A DNA stretch of 64,000 bases, from contig NC_045696.1 in NCBI RefSeq assembly GCF_009834535.1, positions 13,828,001 to 13,892,000 on the forward strand. Reading direction: 5' to 3'. Positions 63,363 through 64,000 of the stretch are shown here, piece after piece (within the stretch, counting starts at the first letter, position 1; the number at the start of each line of letters is the position of its first letter). The stretch is from Camelus ferus. Lineage: Eukaryota. Position numbers and translations under genes: made by a program. The notes below the pieces were generated by a model that was not told the DNA's origin, ran no database searches, and saw only the letters and a list, made by a program, of their open reading frames with translations.

Positions 63363-64000
63363 ATATTTCCTTCCCACTTACACATTTCCAAATGTGGATG
63401 CCTGCATCCCCCAAAACAAGAAAACAGTAAACTATCCATCCAGATCATACCCAGTTATCATACCAAGTTACCGTATCGGCTATAAGCCCAAGATGTCAAG
63501 AAGTCCTCTCTCTCAGTCCGTATTTCCTACTCATGATACTGCCGTGTCTCTAGAAGTTCTCAGGAGACTTCCATGAAGATGGATGGCCTTACAGACTGAC
63601 CAAACAGAAGGAGGACTCGAGAGTTAAGCATCAACATAAGAAATGACTCTAAGAAATTGTATTCCTTTTATGATAATAAAATGAATATGTGGTTAATTTC
63701 ATCCATACTTAAGATGTCTGTTTCATTACACAACTGACTGTAGTCAGTTAATACTCATGACCTCAGAATTCCATTACAGCTTGCATAATTCTGTAAAAGG
63801 GTCTCATTAAAGTATTTTTAAAATTTCCTTATCTAGAACAGTCGGTCTGTCACTTGCCGAAGCATCACTACTGTCTCTGGAACTTGTCTTCTTGGATCAG
63901 ACCCATGACTAGTTTAACCAAAGTAAGGTGTCCTGATAAGACGGAAGTGACCTCACACAGAAGAGTTTAGGATCATCTCCTGCCCAGGCTCTGATTCCAC

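Noticed and set aside
57810..64000. KRTAP23-1 or KRTAP13 family genes expected next in the cluster
   Set aside because: No KAP-like frame seen here; they probably lie beyond the window end.
1..64000. A wholly new multi-gene biological system
   Set aside because: All coding-like signal I can recognise is explained by KRTAP paralogs and transposon remnants; the other short ORFs show no recognisable homology or gene structure.

Overview
Mammalian genomic DNA, AT-rich and repeat-rich. It is probably camelid, because a tRNA-derived Vic-1-like SINE sits at about 5.5 kb. The window covers part of the keratin-associated protein (KRTAP) cluster syntenic to human 21q22.1. Three intact single-exon minus-strand genes are recognisable: KRTAP24-1 (9791-10522), KRTAP26-1 (40850-41401) and KRTAP27-1 (56981-57601). 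Reading across frameshifts reveals three more minus-strand relics of the same PMG-type family. One is a KRTAP25-1 pseudogene (about 17325-17955) that still carries an N-terminal half missing from human KRTAP25-1 as I recall it. The other two (about 29955-30549 and about 50740-51263) match no named gene I know. Five of the six copies share a recognisable promoter module. The rest is ordinary transposon debris: L1 (including a twin-primed insertion nested in an older L1), L2, MIR, MaLR/ERV remnants, a Tigger end and microsatellites. I see no evidence of a wholly new biological system; the most novel signal is the hidden six-copy history of this KRTAP sub-array. Gene and repeat names come from remembered sequences, not from database searches.
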